From the NCBI GenBank assembly GCA_027314165.1, contig DAHVCH010000002.1:103716-167715 (forward strand): a stretch of 64,000 nt of DNA, written 5' to 3'. The position numbers and the translations under genes are program-made. Under the pieces are notes generated by a model, which was not told the DNA's origin, ran no database searches, and worked only from the letters and a program-made list of their open reading frames with translations. Numbering within the stretch: position 1 is the first letter of the stretch; every line of letters starts with the position of its first letter. Positions 55,410 through 64,000 of the stretch are shown here, one piece after another. This stretch comes from Thermoplasmata archaeon. GTDB lineage: Archaea > Thermoplasmatota > Thermoplasmata > Lutacidiplasmatales > UBA184.

Positions 55410-56651
55410 TCAGAACACGATCGCCTCGAGCTGGAGGACCCAGGAGGTCATCTCCGAGGAGCTCTGCGAGGGGGTCGTGAACTGGTTCACCGCCGAGATC
55501 GAGGAGAGCGGTAGGGTCCAGTTGTACACGCCCGGCATCGTGACGGTGTTGTTCGCCGGTTCCATCCACTCGTTCGTCGGGACCTCCCGCTGGACCGTGC
55601 CCCCCAAGGTCCAGTCGATGAAGTCCTGGGCGAGGGTCAGGTTGTGGACCCCGCCCTTGACGATGCCCGTCCCGTAGACGGTCATCCAGCTCCAGTTCTT
55701 CCCCCCGTGCTGCGCGACGCTGGTGTTCATCCATCCGCCGGCCCCGAAGTAGGCCTCCGCCGCGGGATCGCTGATGTAGCTCAGGCACGTCGGGGCCACC
55801 CCCGAGGTGAACTCGGTCCAGCAGGTGGACCAGTCCGGCAGGGGGTGGATGTCCGGGGCCACCGAGGTCCAGAACGTCGTCCAGTTCTGGTGGAGCACGT
55901 TGGTGTAGTACTCGACCTCCCAGGCCAGGAACTCCTCACCCGTGATGTCCCCCTGGACGGGGTCGGGATAGTAGAGGTCCTTCGCGAGGCTCGGGTTCGC
56001 CTGGAGCGTCTGGAAGAAATCGCCCTGGCTGAACGGGTGCCCCAGGGACGTGTCGGTCGAGATGTTGTAGTCCAGACCCAGGTAGCCGTATTCGTACGGC
56101 GTCACGCTGTGGTCCGGCGCGATGGTGGAGACCACCGCGGGGTCCACGTGGGCGAGCTGCGGCGAAGTGTAGGGGACCAGAAGTCCCGCCTGGTCGGCCT
56201 CCGGGGCCTCGAGCTCGTCCAGCCCCATCACCACGTCCGGGAGCGTCCCCGGTTTCGCGTTGATGAGCGCCTGGGCCAGGTTGCCCGACACGCTCACGAC
56301 GGTGACGGTGCTCCCGGTCAGGTTCCCGAACTGCTGGAAGACCGCTCCTCTGGCCGCCCCGGGAGAAGATCCCCCACCGAAGATCCCGTCGTAGGCCCAG
56401 ACCACGAGCGAATGGCACTGCGACGTGCAACCGTTCCCCGACGAGGAGCCCTTCGACGCGGCAAGGATGTGGTAGGCGGCAAAGCCGGCGACCGCAGCTA
56501 GAAGCACCACGGCCACGACCACCCACACCGAGACCGACCGACGGACCCGGTGGACCCGCTCCGGCGAGGGCGATAGCCCCCCGGGGGTCGAGGACGGAAC
56601 GTTCGTCGCTTCGGTCTCGCTCTCGATCGTATTCCCGGGCCGCGTGGTCAT
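55410..56651 (-). CDS. ABC importer substrate-binding protein (thiamine/iron TbpA/AfuA-like), membrane-anchored
   Basis: N-terminal TM anchor (VWVVVAVVLLAAVAGFAAY), a Ser/Gly linker, then a periplasmic-binding-protein-like body rich in Trp/Tyr with several N-x-S/T sequons. It is the first gene after the TPP riboswitch. Confidence 0.8.
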   Translation of the reverse strand: MTTRPGNTIESETEATNVPSSTPGGLSPSPERVHRVRRSVSVWVVVAVVLLAAVAGFAAYHILAASKGSSSGNGCTSQCHSLVVWAYDGIFGGGSSPGAARGAVFQQFGNLTGSTVTVVSVSGNLAQALINAKPGTLPDVVMGLDELEAPEADQAGLLVPYTSPQLAHVDPAVVSTIAPDHSVTPYEYGYLGLDYNISTDTSLGHPFSQGDFFQTLQANPSLAKDLYYPDPVQGDITGEEFLAWEVEYYTNVLHQNWTTFWTSVAPDIHPLPDWSTCWTEFTSGVAPTCLSYISDPAAEAYFGAGGWMNTSVAQHGGKNWSWMTVYGTGIVKGGVHNLTLAQDFIDWTLGGTVQREVPTNEWMEPANNTVTMPGVYNWTLPLSSISAVNQFTTPSQSSSEMTSWVLQLEAIVF

Positions 56652-56684
56652 GTCCCGCCTTCTGCGGGGGAACCCTCTACGCTG

Positions 56685-56790
56685 GCCATCGTCTTCCCTG
56701 CGCCGGCATTACCCGGATCAGGTTCGAGGGGTCGACAGACGAGGTCTGTCCTCTCAGCCGCATGATGGCTCCCCCAGCTGGGGGGCTCGA
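56685..56790 (-). promoter_or_regulatory. TPP (THI-box) riboswitch aptamer
   Basis: The minus-strand RNA reads GGGGGAGCCAUCAUGCGGCUGAGAGGACAGACCUCGUCUGUCGACCCCUCGAACCUGAUCCGGGUAAUGCCGGCGCAGGGAAG. It contains the invariant CUGAGA (plus 56752-56757) and ACCUGAUC.GG.UAAUGCC.GCG.AGGGA (plus 56695-56723) blocks in the canonical order and spacing, 35-125 nt upstream of AUG 56651. Confidence 0.9.
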
Positions 56791-56996
56791 ACGGCGGGGG
56801 ACTAATAGGGTTGCCCGAGGGCCCCCCCCGGCGGGGCTCCCTCGGTCCGGCCTCCGTCCTCGGGGGGAGGCGTTCCGTCCCTGACCCTCAGAACGGAAAC
56901 GGGCCCTGCCGGGCGGCGGTCCCTCCCTCGGATCCGGCCACCGGCGTCCTCGACGCGCGGCGGACCGATCTCGGTCCTCCCGAGGGGCCCCGCGCT

Positions 56997-58982
56997 TCAG
57001 TGAGGCTTGAGCCCGGCTTCCTTCTGGAGCGCGCGGATCCGGTCGCGGATCCTGCCCGCCTTCTCGAACTCCAGGCGGTCGGCGGCGAGACGCATCTCCT
57101 CCTCGAGGTTCGCGAGCAGCATCGGGAGCCGCTCCTTCCACTTCTTGCCGAGGCCGCTCGTGGAGAGCTCGCCGCTCTGCGCGCCCTCTTCCTGCTCGAG
57201 GAGGCTGTGGACCTCCTTCACGATGGTCGCGGGGACGATCCCGTGGGCATGGTTGTAGGCCACCTGCTTCTCGCGCCGTCTCGCGGTCTCCTGCATCGCA
57301 CGGGCCATGGACCCCGTGATCCGGTCGGCGTACAGGATGACCTTCCCGTCCAGGTTGCGCGAGGCTCGTCCGGAGGTCTGGATGAGCGAGGTCTCCGAAC
57401 GGAGGTATCCCTCCTTGTCGGCGTCCAGGATGGCGACCAGGCTGACCTCGGGGAGGTCCAAGCCCTCCCGCAGCAGGTTGATCCCCACGAGGATGTCGAA
57501 GCGGCCGAGCCGGAGGTCGCGCAGGATCTCCACCCGCTTGAGCGTCTCCACGTCGCTGTGGAGGTAGCGGACCTTCAGGTGGAGACCGGCGAGGTAGTTC
57601 GCGAGCTCCTCCGCCGTCGACTTGGTGAGGGTCGTGACCAGGCAGCGCTGGCCCTTCTCCACCCGCGCGCGGAGCTCCTGCACGAGGTCCGTCATGTGCC
57701 CCTGGATCGGGCGCACCTCGATCGGGGGGTCGACCAGCCCCGTGGGCCGGATGATCTGCTCGGCCACCTGGTCGCCGGAGAGCTTGAGCTCGAGCGGTCC
57801 CGGCGTCGCCGAGACGAAGATCATCTGGTGCGTGCGCTGGAGGAACTCCGGCCACTTGAGCGGGCGGTTGTCCCGGCAGGAAGGGAGGCGCCAACCGAAC
57901 TCGACCAGGTTGTCCTTGCGGCTCCTGTCGCCCTCGTACATCCCCCGGATCTGCGGGAGCGTCACGTGCGACTCGTCGACGAAGACGAGCGCGTCCTTCG
58001 GGAAGAAGTCGAGGAGCGTGTAGGGCGCCTCTCCCGGCTGCCGCCGCGTCAGGTGGCGGGAGTAGTTCTCGATCCCGTTGCAGTAGCCGACCTCCCGGAT
58101 CATCTCCAGGTCGTACTCGGTCCGGCTCTTCAGCCGCTGGGCCTCCAGGAGCTTCCCCGAAGCGTGGAGCTCACGGTACCGCACGTCCAGCTCCTTCTCC
58201 ACCTCTGCGAGCGCGTCCTGGAGGGATTCCTGGGGCGTGAGGAAGTGCGTTGCCGGGAAGACCTGCAACTGCTCCACAGGGGCCCGGTCCTCCCCCGTCA
58301 CCGGATCGAACCCGAGGATCTCCTCGAGCAGGTCCCCCTCGAACACGAGGCGGTGGCCGGCCTCCGCCGCGCCCATGAGGTCGATGGTCGAGCCGCGCAC
58401 CCGGAAGCGCCCGCGCTTGAGCTCCGTGTCGTTGCGCTGGTAGCGCATGGAGACGAGCTTCTGCAGGAGGTCCCGGCGGGACCAGGATTCGCCCTTGCGA
58501 AGCGTCAGCACCTGGGCGCGGTAGTCTTCCGGAGAGCCGAGGCCGTAGATGCAGCTCACGGAGGCCACGATGATGACGTCCCGGCGGGTGAGCAGCGCCT
58601 GCGTCGCCCGGTGGCGCAGCCGGTCGATCTCCTCGTTGATCGACGCGTCCTTCTCGACGAACAGGTCGATCTGGGGAACGTAGGCCTCCGGCTGGTAGTA
58701 GTCGTAGTAGCTGACGAAGTACTCGACCGCGTTGTGAGGGAACACGTCGCGGAACTCGCTGACCAACTGGGCCGCGAGGGTCTTGTTGGGGGAGATGACC
58801 AGGGTCGGTCGCTGCAGCGCCTCGACCACGTGGGCCATGGTGAAGGTCTTGCCCGAACCCGTGACCCCGAGGAGGGTCTGATAGCGCGTGCCGTCCTTGA
58901 CACCCTTGACCAGCTGCCGGATGGCCTGAGGCTGGTCTCCCCGAGGCTCGAGCGGGGACTCGAGCCGGAACTTCCCCGGCAT
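56997..58982 (-). CDS. uvrB: excinuclease ABC subunit B
   Basis: GDQPQAI, GVTGSGKTFTMA, YVSYYDYYQPEAY, DESH, and the C-terminal UVR motif (LEFEKAGRIRDRI). ATG at 58982, internal to ORF 56997..59624. Confidence 0.95.
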   Translation of the reverse strand: MPGKFRLESPLEPRGDQPQAIRQLVKGVKDGTRYQTLLGVTGSGKTFTMAHVVEALQRPTLVISPNKTLAAQLVSEFRDVFPHNAVEYFVSYYDYYQPEAYVPQIDLFVEKDASINEEIDRLRHRATQALLTRRDVIIVASVSCIYGLGSPEDYRAQVLTLRKGESWSRRDLLQKLVSMRYQRNDTELKRGRFRVRGSTIDLMGAAEAGHRLVFEGDLLEEILGFDPVTGEDRAPVEQLQVFPATHFLTPQESLQDALAEVEKELDVRYRELHASGKLLEAQRLKSRTEYDLEMIREVGYCNGIENYSRHLTRRQPGEAPYTLLDFFPKDALVFVDESHVTLPQIRGMYEGDRSRKDNLVEFGWRLPSCRDNRPLKWPEFLQRTHQMIFVSATPGPLELKLSGDQVAEQIIRPTGLVDPPIEVRPIQGHMTDLVQELRARVEKGQRCLVTTLTKSTAEELANYLAGLHLKVRYLHSDVETLKRVEILRDLRLGRFDILVGINLLREGLDLPEVSLVAILDADKEGYLRSETSLIQTSGRASRNLDGKVILYADRITGSMARAMQETARRREKQVAYNHAHGIVPATIVKEVHSLLEQEEGAQSGELSTSGLGKKWKERLPMLLANLEEEMRLAADRLEFEKAGRIRDRIRALQKEAGLKPH

Positions 58983-59047
58983 GGGCTGGTGGACCAGTTC
59001 CGTGCTGGGCGCCTTCGCTCCGACGGTCGCGGCGGGGGTGGAGGACG

Positions 59048-59887
59048 TCACGTGCCGCCGCTCCCCGCAGGTCCCGGGCCGACCGGCCCGGGGGCCTCGG
59101 GTCCGTCCCACGTCCGCGTTCCCGCGGGGCGGTAGCCCTGCGGGTCGATGGAAACGTTGGAGAACCCCAGGGCGAGGAGTTCCTGGCCGATCTGCACACG
59201 GAGAAAGGGGTCGCCGAACCGGGGGACCTCCTCCGGCCCGACCTCGATGCGCGCCTTTCCCTGCGAGGTGCGGACGCGGACCTGGCGGAACCCGTGGGCG
59301 CGCAGCAGCCCCTCGGCGGCGTCGATGCGCCGCAGGAGCTCCGGGGAGATCGCCTCCCCGTGGGCGATCCGAGAGGCGAGGCAGCTGTTCGAAGGGGCGT
59401 CGTGGTTCGGGAGCCCCCACGCCCGGGCCATCTCCCGGACGTCCGACTTCCCGGCCCCGGCCTCCAGGAGGGGGTGGCGAACTCCGAGCTCGCCCATGGC
59501 CCGCATTCCCGGCCGGTCGTCGCCCAGGTCGTCCGCGTGGATGCCGTCGACGACCGTCGCAAAGCCCTGCCGTTCGGCGATCTCCTTCAGGCGTCCGCCT
59601 TCCTGCGAGCGGCAGAAGTAGCAACGGTCGAGGGGGTTCGCCGTGTACCGGGGGTCCGCCGTCGGATCCAGGGGTTCGAGGAGGTGGCGTATCCCGATCG
59701 CGCGCGCTGCACGCTCGGCCATCTCGACCTCCTCCTTCGGCACGGCCGGCCCGACGAGGGTGACCGCGAGCGACCTCTCCCCCAGCGCGCGATGGGCGGC
59801 GGCGGCCACGACGGCCGAGTCCACCCCCCCAGAGAAGGCGACCAACACGGACCCCATCTCCCGGAGCTTCCGCTCGAGGGTCACCAT
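59048..59887 (-). CDS. PP-loop ATP pyrophosphatase (LarE / TIGR00268-like sulfur transferase family)
   Basis: SGGVDS PP-loop (LVAFSGGVDSAVV), CYFCR, and the C-terminal ..SCLASR.. motif. ATG at 59887. Confidence 0.8.
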   Translation of the reverse strand: MVTLERKLREMGSVLVAFSGGVDSAVVAAAAHRALGERSLAVTLVGPAVPKEEVEMAERAARAIGIRHLLEPLDPTADPRYTANPLDRCYFCRSQEGGRLKEIAERQGFATVVDGIHADDLGDDRPGMRAMGELGVRHPLLEAGAGKSDVREMARAWGLPNHDAPSNSCLASRIAHGEAISPELLRRIDAAEGLLRAHGFRQVRVRTSQGKARIEVGPEEVPRFGDPFLRVQIGQELLALGFSNVSIDPQGYRPAGTRTWDGPEAPGPVGPGPAGSGGT

Positions 59888-60145
59888 GCGTTCTTCGAGC
59901 GCTCCGGCCCCGGGCACGCCCCTGCCAGGAACTGAGGGGGCAAGAGGTTTCCCAGGAGTTCGTGAAACCGACCCCTCAGGGACCGCCCGACCATTCTTTC
60001 CGAGCCACACCCTCGCGAGGGCCGCCGCTGCCCCCACCGTCGGCCGCGGGGGCCGCGGGGGCCGGGCCCCCCCGTGGTCGCGGCCCGGACGCCCTCTGGG
60101 TCGGCCTTATTCGCTTTGAGGTCCAGAGGTCCCACCTCGCTGAAC

Positions 60146-62992
60146 ATGCGCCCTCCGACCCCCGACGTCCCTCTCGGACTACCTGAGATCCTCCACGCGC
60201 GTGTGCGCGCCGTCGCGGAGGCCCGGGGGATCCGCGAACCCACCGAGATCCAGACGGCGGCCTGGCCGGTCCTCGCGGCCGGGGAAGAGGCGCTCCTGGT
60301 CGCGCCCACAGGGACGGGCAAGACCGAGGCGGCCCTCCTGCCGTTGCTGGGAGAGCTCCTGGACGACATCCGGCCTCCGATCGGCATCCTCTACATCACC
60401 CCCCTCCGGGCGCTCAATCGTGACCTGGACGGCCGTCTGGTCGGCTGGATGGAGTCCCTGGGCATGCGCGCCGCGGTCCGGCACGGGGACACGCCGACGC
60501 GAGAGCGGGCGCGGCAGTCCGCGTCCCCTCCGGACCTCCTGGTGACCACCCCCGAGACGCTGCAGCTCCTGCTCGTCGGCACGCAGCTCCGCAAGGGGTT
60601 GCTCAACCTGAGGGCCGTGATCGTGGACGAGATCCACGAGCTCGCCTCGAACGACCGGGGGGCCCAGCTCGCGGTCTCCCTCGACCGGCTGGACGCTTTC
60701 GCGGGCCACCACGTCCGGAGGATCGGCCTCTCGGCCACCATCGGGAACCCCCTGGAGATCGCCACCTACCTTTCCCCGCGCACCGCGGTCAAGGTCGTCA
60801 ACGCTCCCGCGGTGAAGGAGTTCAAGGTGAGCGTCCGACCGCCGGCGAGCGTCGAGGCGGTCTCCGCGCTGCCCGCGAAGCTGCGGAGCGACCTGAAGGC
60901 GGACGAGGGCCTGCTCGCCGCGCTCCTGGCCGTCGTCGAGGAGCTGAAGGCCCACCGCTCCACGCTCATCTTCGTCAACACGCGCCCCACGGCGGAGTCC
61001 CTCGCGGCCCGCCTGAGGCTCCTCGCCCCGGACCTCCCGGTCGCGGTCCATCACGGCTCGCTCTCGCGCGAGGTCCGGGAGGAGACCGAGGAGCGGTTCC
61101 GCTCCGGTGAGCTGAGGGCGCTCGTGGCCACGAGCTCGCTGGAGCTCGGGATCGATATCGGGGCCGCCGACCACGTGGTCCAGTTCGGCTCGCCCCACCA
61201 GGCTTCGCGCCTGCTGCAGCGGATCGGCCGGTCCGGGCACCGTCGGGGAGCGGTCTCCTCCGGAACCGTGATCGCGCTCGACGACGAGGACCTCGAGGAG
61301 TCCCTGGTGCTCGGGCGCCGGGTGCTCACTCGGGAGGTGGAGCCGGTGGCGATCCGCCCCCGCAACCGCCTCGCGCTCGCCCAGCAGCTGATCGCTTGCC
61401 TGAGGGCGGAGAAGGACGTGCCGGCGGACGCGACGCTCTCGACGCTTCTCGCCTCCGTCCCCACACGCGACCTCTCCATGGGGGAGGTGCGCGAGCTCGC
61501 CGAGTACCTCGAGGGGCTGGGCTCGATCCGGCGCGAGGGGGCAAGGTTCCGTCCCGGACGGGGGACGCTCCAGCGGTTCTACGCGTCGCTCTCGCTCATC
61601 CCCGAGGAGAAGACCTACCCCCTGCGGGACATGGGCTCGCGGAAGGTCATGGGCACCCTTGACGAGCGGTTCGTCGTGACCCAGGTGCTGGCGAACCCGG
61701 AGTTCACCTTCCTCCTCCACGGCACCACGTGGAGGGTCGTCGAGTTCCGGGAGGACGAACTGCTCGTCGAGGCCGTCCAGGAGATCGGGGCCGAGCCACG
61801 GTGGGCGGGGGAGGACATCCCCGTCCCCTTCGATGTCGCCCAGGAGATCGGGCGGCTGCGTCGAGCGGGGGAGCCTACGGCCTACCCGGGGTCGCCGGAG
61901 GCCCTGGAGCGGCTGCGGCGTCGGCTCCTCCAGGTCCGCGCGCTCCCGGAGTTCCCCACCGACCGGCGGGTCACGGTGGAGGTGCACGGCCGCATGATGG
62001 TGGTCGGGGCCTGCTTCGGCACCCGGGTCAACGCGACCCTCGCCACGATCATCGCCGGGCTCGCCACCTCGAAGTTCGGGGTCCGCTCCGACGTGCTGCT
62101 CATCGAGCCCACGTGGTTCGTCGTGGGGCTCCCCTCCCTCCCCGCCCCGACGGAGGTGTCCTCGCTGCTGGACATCGACCCCGACACGGTCCCGGGCCTC
62201 CTGGAGCGGATGGTGCCCTCCGGAATGGAGTACCGATGGAGCTTCACCACTGTCGCGAGGAAGTTCGGCCTCCTGCCGCTCGGCGCTGACGCCCGCCAGC
62301 TCCGGACGCTCGAGCCTCTGCTCGAGGCGAGCCGGACCACGCCTCTGGGGGAGGAGGCGCTGGAGAAGACCCTCCACGATCGCTACGACGTGGACCGGAC
62401 GCGCGAGGTCCTACGGCGGCTTCGCACGGGCGAGCTCACGTTCGTCCTCGTCCCGCCGCTTCCCGGCTCGCTCGGCAGCCGCGTCCTGGAGCGACTCCGC
62501 TGGCAGCAGATGGGGGACGTACCACCCCCCACCCTGCTCCGTGCCGTTCGTGAACGGCTCCGCAAGGAGCCGCTCCTGCTCGTGTGCGTGCGTTGCGGCT
62601 TCGAGCGGACCGTGACGGCGGACAGCTGGAGGACCGCCGGAGGCTCGGCCTGCCGGATCTGCAAGGGGTCGCTTTCCGCGGTCGTCTCCCCCCGACGCGA
62701 GGAGGAGCTGCGGATCCTGCGGCGGTACCTGAAGTCCCGCCGACGACGGAACGCCTCCTCCGGGCGTCTGGTGAGCGCGCAGGAACGCAAGCTCATGCAG
62801 GCGGCGTACACCACCGCGGACCTCCTCGCGACGCACGGGGAGATCGCCCTCATCGCCCTCGCTGCCCGGGGGGTGGGCCCGGACACCGCCCGGAGGATCC
62901 TCGCTGGACATCACCGGAGCGAGGACGAGCTGCTGGGGGAGCTCCTGAAGGCGGAGCGCAGGTACGCCCAGACCCGGGCCTTCTGGGACTGA
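60146..62992 (+). CDS. Lhr-like ATP-dependent DEAD/DEAH-box helicase (superfamily 2)
   Basis: Motif I APTGTGKT, II VDEIHE, III SAT, VI QRIGRSGHR, then a long Lhr-type C-terminal extension with CxxC...CxxC near the end. ATG at 60146. Confidence 0.9.
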   Translation: MRPPTPDVPLGLPEILHARVRAVAEARGIREPTEIQTAAWPVLAAGEEALLVAPTGTGKTEAALLPLLGELLDDIRPPIGILYITPLRALNRDLDGRLVGWMESLGMRAAVRHGDTPTRERARQSASPPDLLVTTPETLQLLLVGTQLRKGLLNLRAVIVDEIHELASNDRGAQLAVSLDRLDAFAGHHVRRIGLSATIGNPLEIATYLSPRTAVKVVNAPAVKEFKVSVRPPASVEAVSALPAKLRSDLKADEGLLAALLAVVEELKAHRSTLIFVNTRPTAESLAARLRLLAPDLPVAVHHGSLSREVREETEERFRSGELRALVATSSLELGIDIGAADHVVQFGSPHQASRLLQRIGRSGHRRGAVSSGTVIALDDEDLEESLVLGRRVLTREVEPVAIRPRNRLALAQQLIACLRAEKDVPADATLSTLLASVPTRDLSMGEVRELAEYLEGLGSIRREGARFRPGRGTLQRFYASLSLIPEEKTYPLRDMGSRKVMGTLDERFVVTQVLANPEFTFLLHGTTWRVVEFREDELLVEAVQEIGAEPRWAGEDIPVPFDVAQEIGRLRRAGEPTAYPGSPEALERLRRRLLQVRALPEFPTDRRVTVEVHGRMMVVGACFGTRVNATLATIIAGLATSKFGVRSDVLLIEPTWFVVGLPSLPAPTEVSSLLDIDPDTVPGLLERMVPSGMEYRWSFTTVARKFGLLPLGADARQLRTLEPLLEASRTTPLGEEALEKTLHDRYDVDRTREVLRRLRTGELTFVLVPPLPGSLGSRVLERLRWQQMGDVPPPTLLRAVRERLRKEPLLLVCVRCGFERTVTADSWRTAGGSACRICKGSLSAVVSPRREEELRILRRYLKSRRRRNASSGRLVSAQERKLMQAAYTTADLLATHGEIALIALAARGVGPDTARRILAGHHRSEDELLGELLKAERRYAQTRAFWD

Positions 62993-63099
62993 GGAGCGAC
63001 GAACGTCCGAGGTCCCTTCCTGACCCACTTCACCCCGGCGCCGGAGCGGGTAGGACCCCTTCCCGGTCCGCGCGCTCGAGGACCCTGCTCCTATGGCCC

Positions 63100-63543
63100 G
63101 TGCCCGCGCTCTTCGTGGTGCTCGACCTCCTCCTGATCCGCTTCTTCCACGCCGCAGCGTGGTCTCCTCTCATCGGGTACGGCCTGCTGGGGCTGCTGCT
63201 CTCCCCCGCCGCACCCCACCTTCTCGGCCGGGTCCGGCTGCACCTCCTAGGCACACTGGAGTTCCCGATTCTCTGGCTCACGATGATGCTGCTCTTGGTC
63301 GGCGGGGTCACCGCCGCGCTCTACGCGCTCTTCCCGTTCACGAACGGAGGGTTGTCCCACCTGCTCCTCTCGCTCCTCGTCTACGCCCCGGCCGCCCGGT
63401 ACCTCTCCCTGGGGTTCCTGGCGACAGACCGGCTCGCCTCGGACGGTCTGCTCTCCCTGGCCCGGTCCCATCCGACCCCCGGGATCGTCGTCGGCCATCG
63501 GCAGGTCCGCGAGGAGTCGACCGGCAAAGTGACCGAGGCCTGA
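63100..63543 (+). CDS. small membrane protein, hypothetical
   Basis: About 4 hydrophobic helices. GTG at 63100 is the only in-frame start after the helicase stop. Confidence 0.4.
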   Translation: MPALFVVLDLLLIRFFHAAAWSPLIGYGLLGLLLSPAAPHLLGRVRLHLLGTLEFPILWLTMMLLLVGGVTAALYALFPFTNGGLSHLLLSLLVYAPAARYLSLGFLATDRLASDGLLSLARSHPTPGIVVGHRQVREESTGKVTEA

Positions 63544-63568
63544 GGACCCCCCCGAGGAGGGCGGCGGG

Positions 63569-64000
63569 TCAGGCCCCGGTCGCGCGACCCGCAGGTGCCC
63601 CGGTCGCCCCGTGCGCCCCTCCGGCGGGGGGCGGGGGTCGTCGCTCCGCCCGGCGGATGCACCGCTCCACTTCCGGCCAGGGGGCGTCGGTCCGCCATCC
63701 GGACGGTTCCATGGTGGTCCGCGCGGCCTTACATCCGGCCTCCTTGAGCTCGGCCAGGATGCTCTCCAGCGGGGGCTGGCTCGTGAGGTGCAGGAGGCGC
63801 CCCACCTCCCCGCTCTCGTAGTAGAAGAGCGCGTCCACCTTCGACTCTTCTCGGAGGCGCTCGAGCCAAGAGGCAAGCTCGAGGGGGCGGGCGGGTTCCC
63901 TCGGGGGTCGCAGCCCGTCCACAAAGGTCGCGTCGTGGAGCGGCCCCGTCCAGAGGGGGCCCCCCTTGACGCCGTGGAGCAGCGGCGGTCCGAGGTAGCC
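63569..64000 (-). CDS. trm1: tRNA (guanine26-N2)-dimethyltransferase Trm1, C-terminal part (gene continues beyond the window end)
   Basis: The frame is open from the window edge. GPLWTGPLHDATFV and the terminal KAARTTMEPSGWRTDAPWPEV resemble the Trm1 GPLW.G.L.D..F and R(T)HF.P.GIKTDAP motifs. The call rests on recalled motifs only. Confidence 0.55.
   Translation of the reverse strand, partial: GYLGPPLLHGVKGGPLWTGPLHDATFVDGLRPPREPARPLELASWLERLREESKVDALFYYESGEVGRLLHLTSQPPLESILAELKEAGCKAARTTMEPSGWRTDAPWPEVERCIRRAERRPPPPAGGAHGATGAPAGRATGA

Overview
Very GC-rich archaeal chromosomal segment. The thermosome, TFB, Gar1, ribosomal proteins S19e/L39e/L31e/S17e and aIF6 identify the domain. The TPP riboswitch hints at a Thermoplasmatota-like lineage, but that is inference only. 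I call about 57 protein-coding genes, 2 tRNAs (Gln-UUG, Ser-CGA), 1 riboswitch, one gene remnant and a few promoter or terminator-like elements. I saw no rRNA, CRISPR array, transposase or integrase. Because of the GC content, all six frames carry long stop-free shadow ORFs. I kept only frames with recognisable family motifs or sensible composition, and trimmed many ORF-track N-termini to internal start codons (checked base by base). Start codons remain the least certain coordinates. No database search was possible, so all family calls rest on motifs read by eye.

Main points of interest:
1. A clear THI-box/TPP riboswitch in front of an ABC importer operon.
2. A clustered vWA + PP2C phosphatase + atypical protein-kinase triad, next to a PKD-repeat surface glycoprotein.
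3. Three KaiC/RecA-like ATPase genes in unusual architectures. One carries a roughly 800-aa Pro/Ala/Ser/Thr-rich tail and sits beside a Walker-A K-to-R paralog. One is fused to a polytopic membrane domain and a long coiled coil.
4. A DUF4258 toxin with a Zn-ribbon-AbrB antitoxin.
5. A Mo-hydroxylase operon (mocA-xdhC-coxSLM-like) ending in a translationally coupled ParB/Srx-fold gene.
6. An MthK-like channel with a degenerate selectivity filter.
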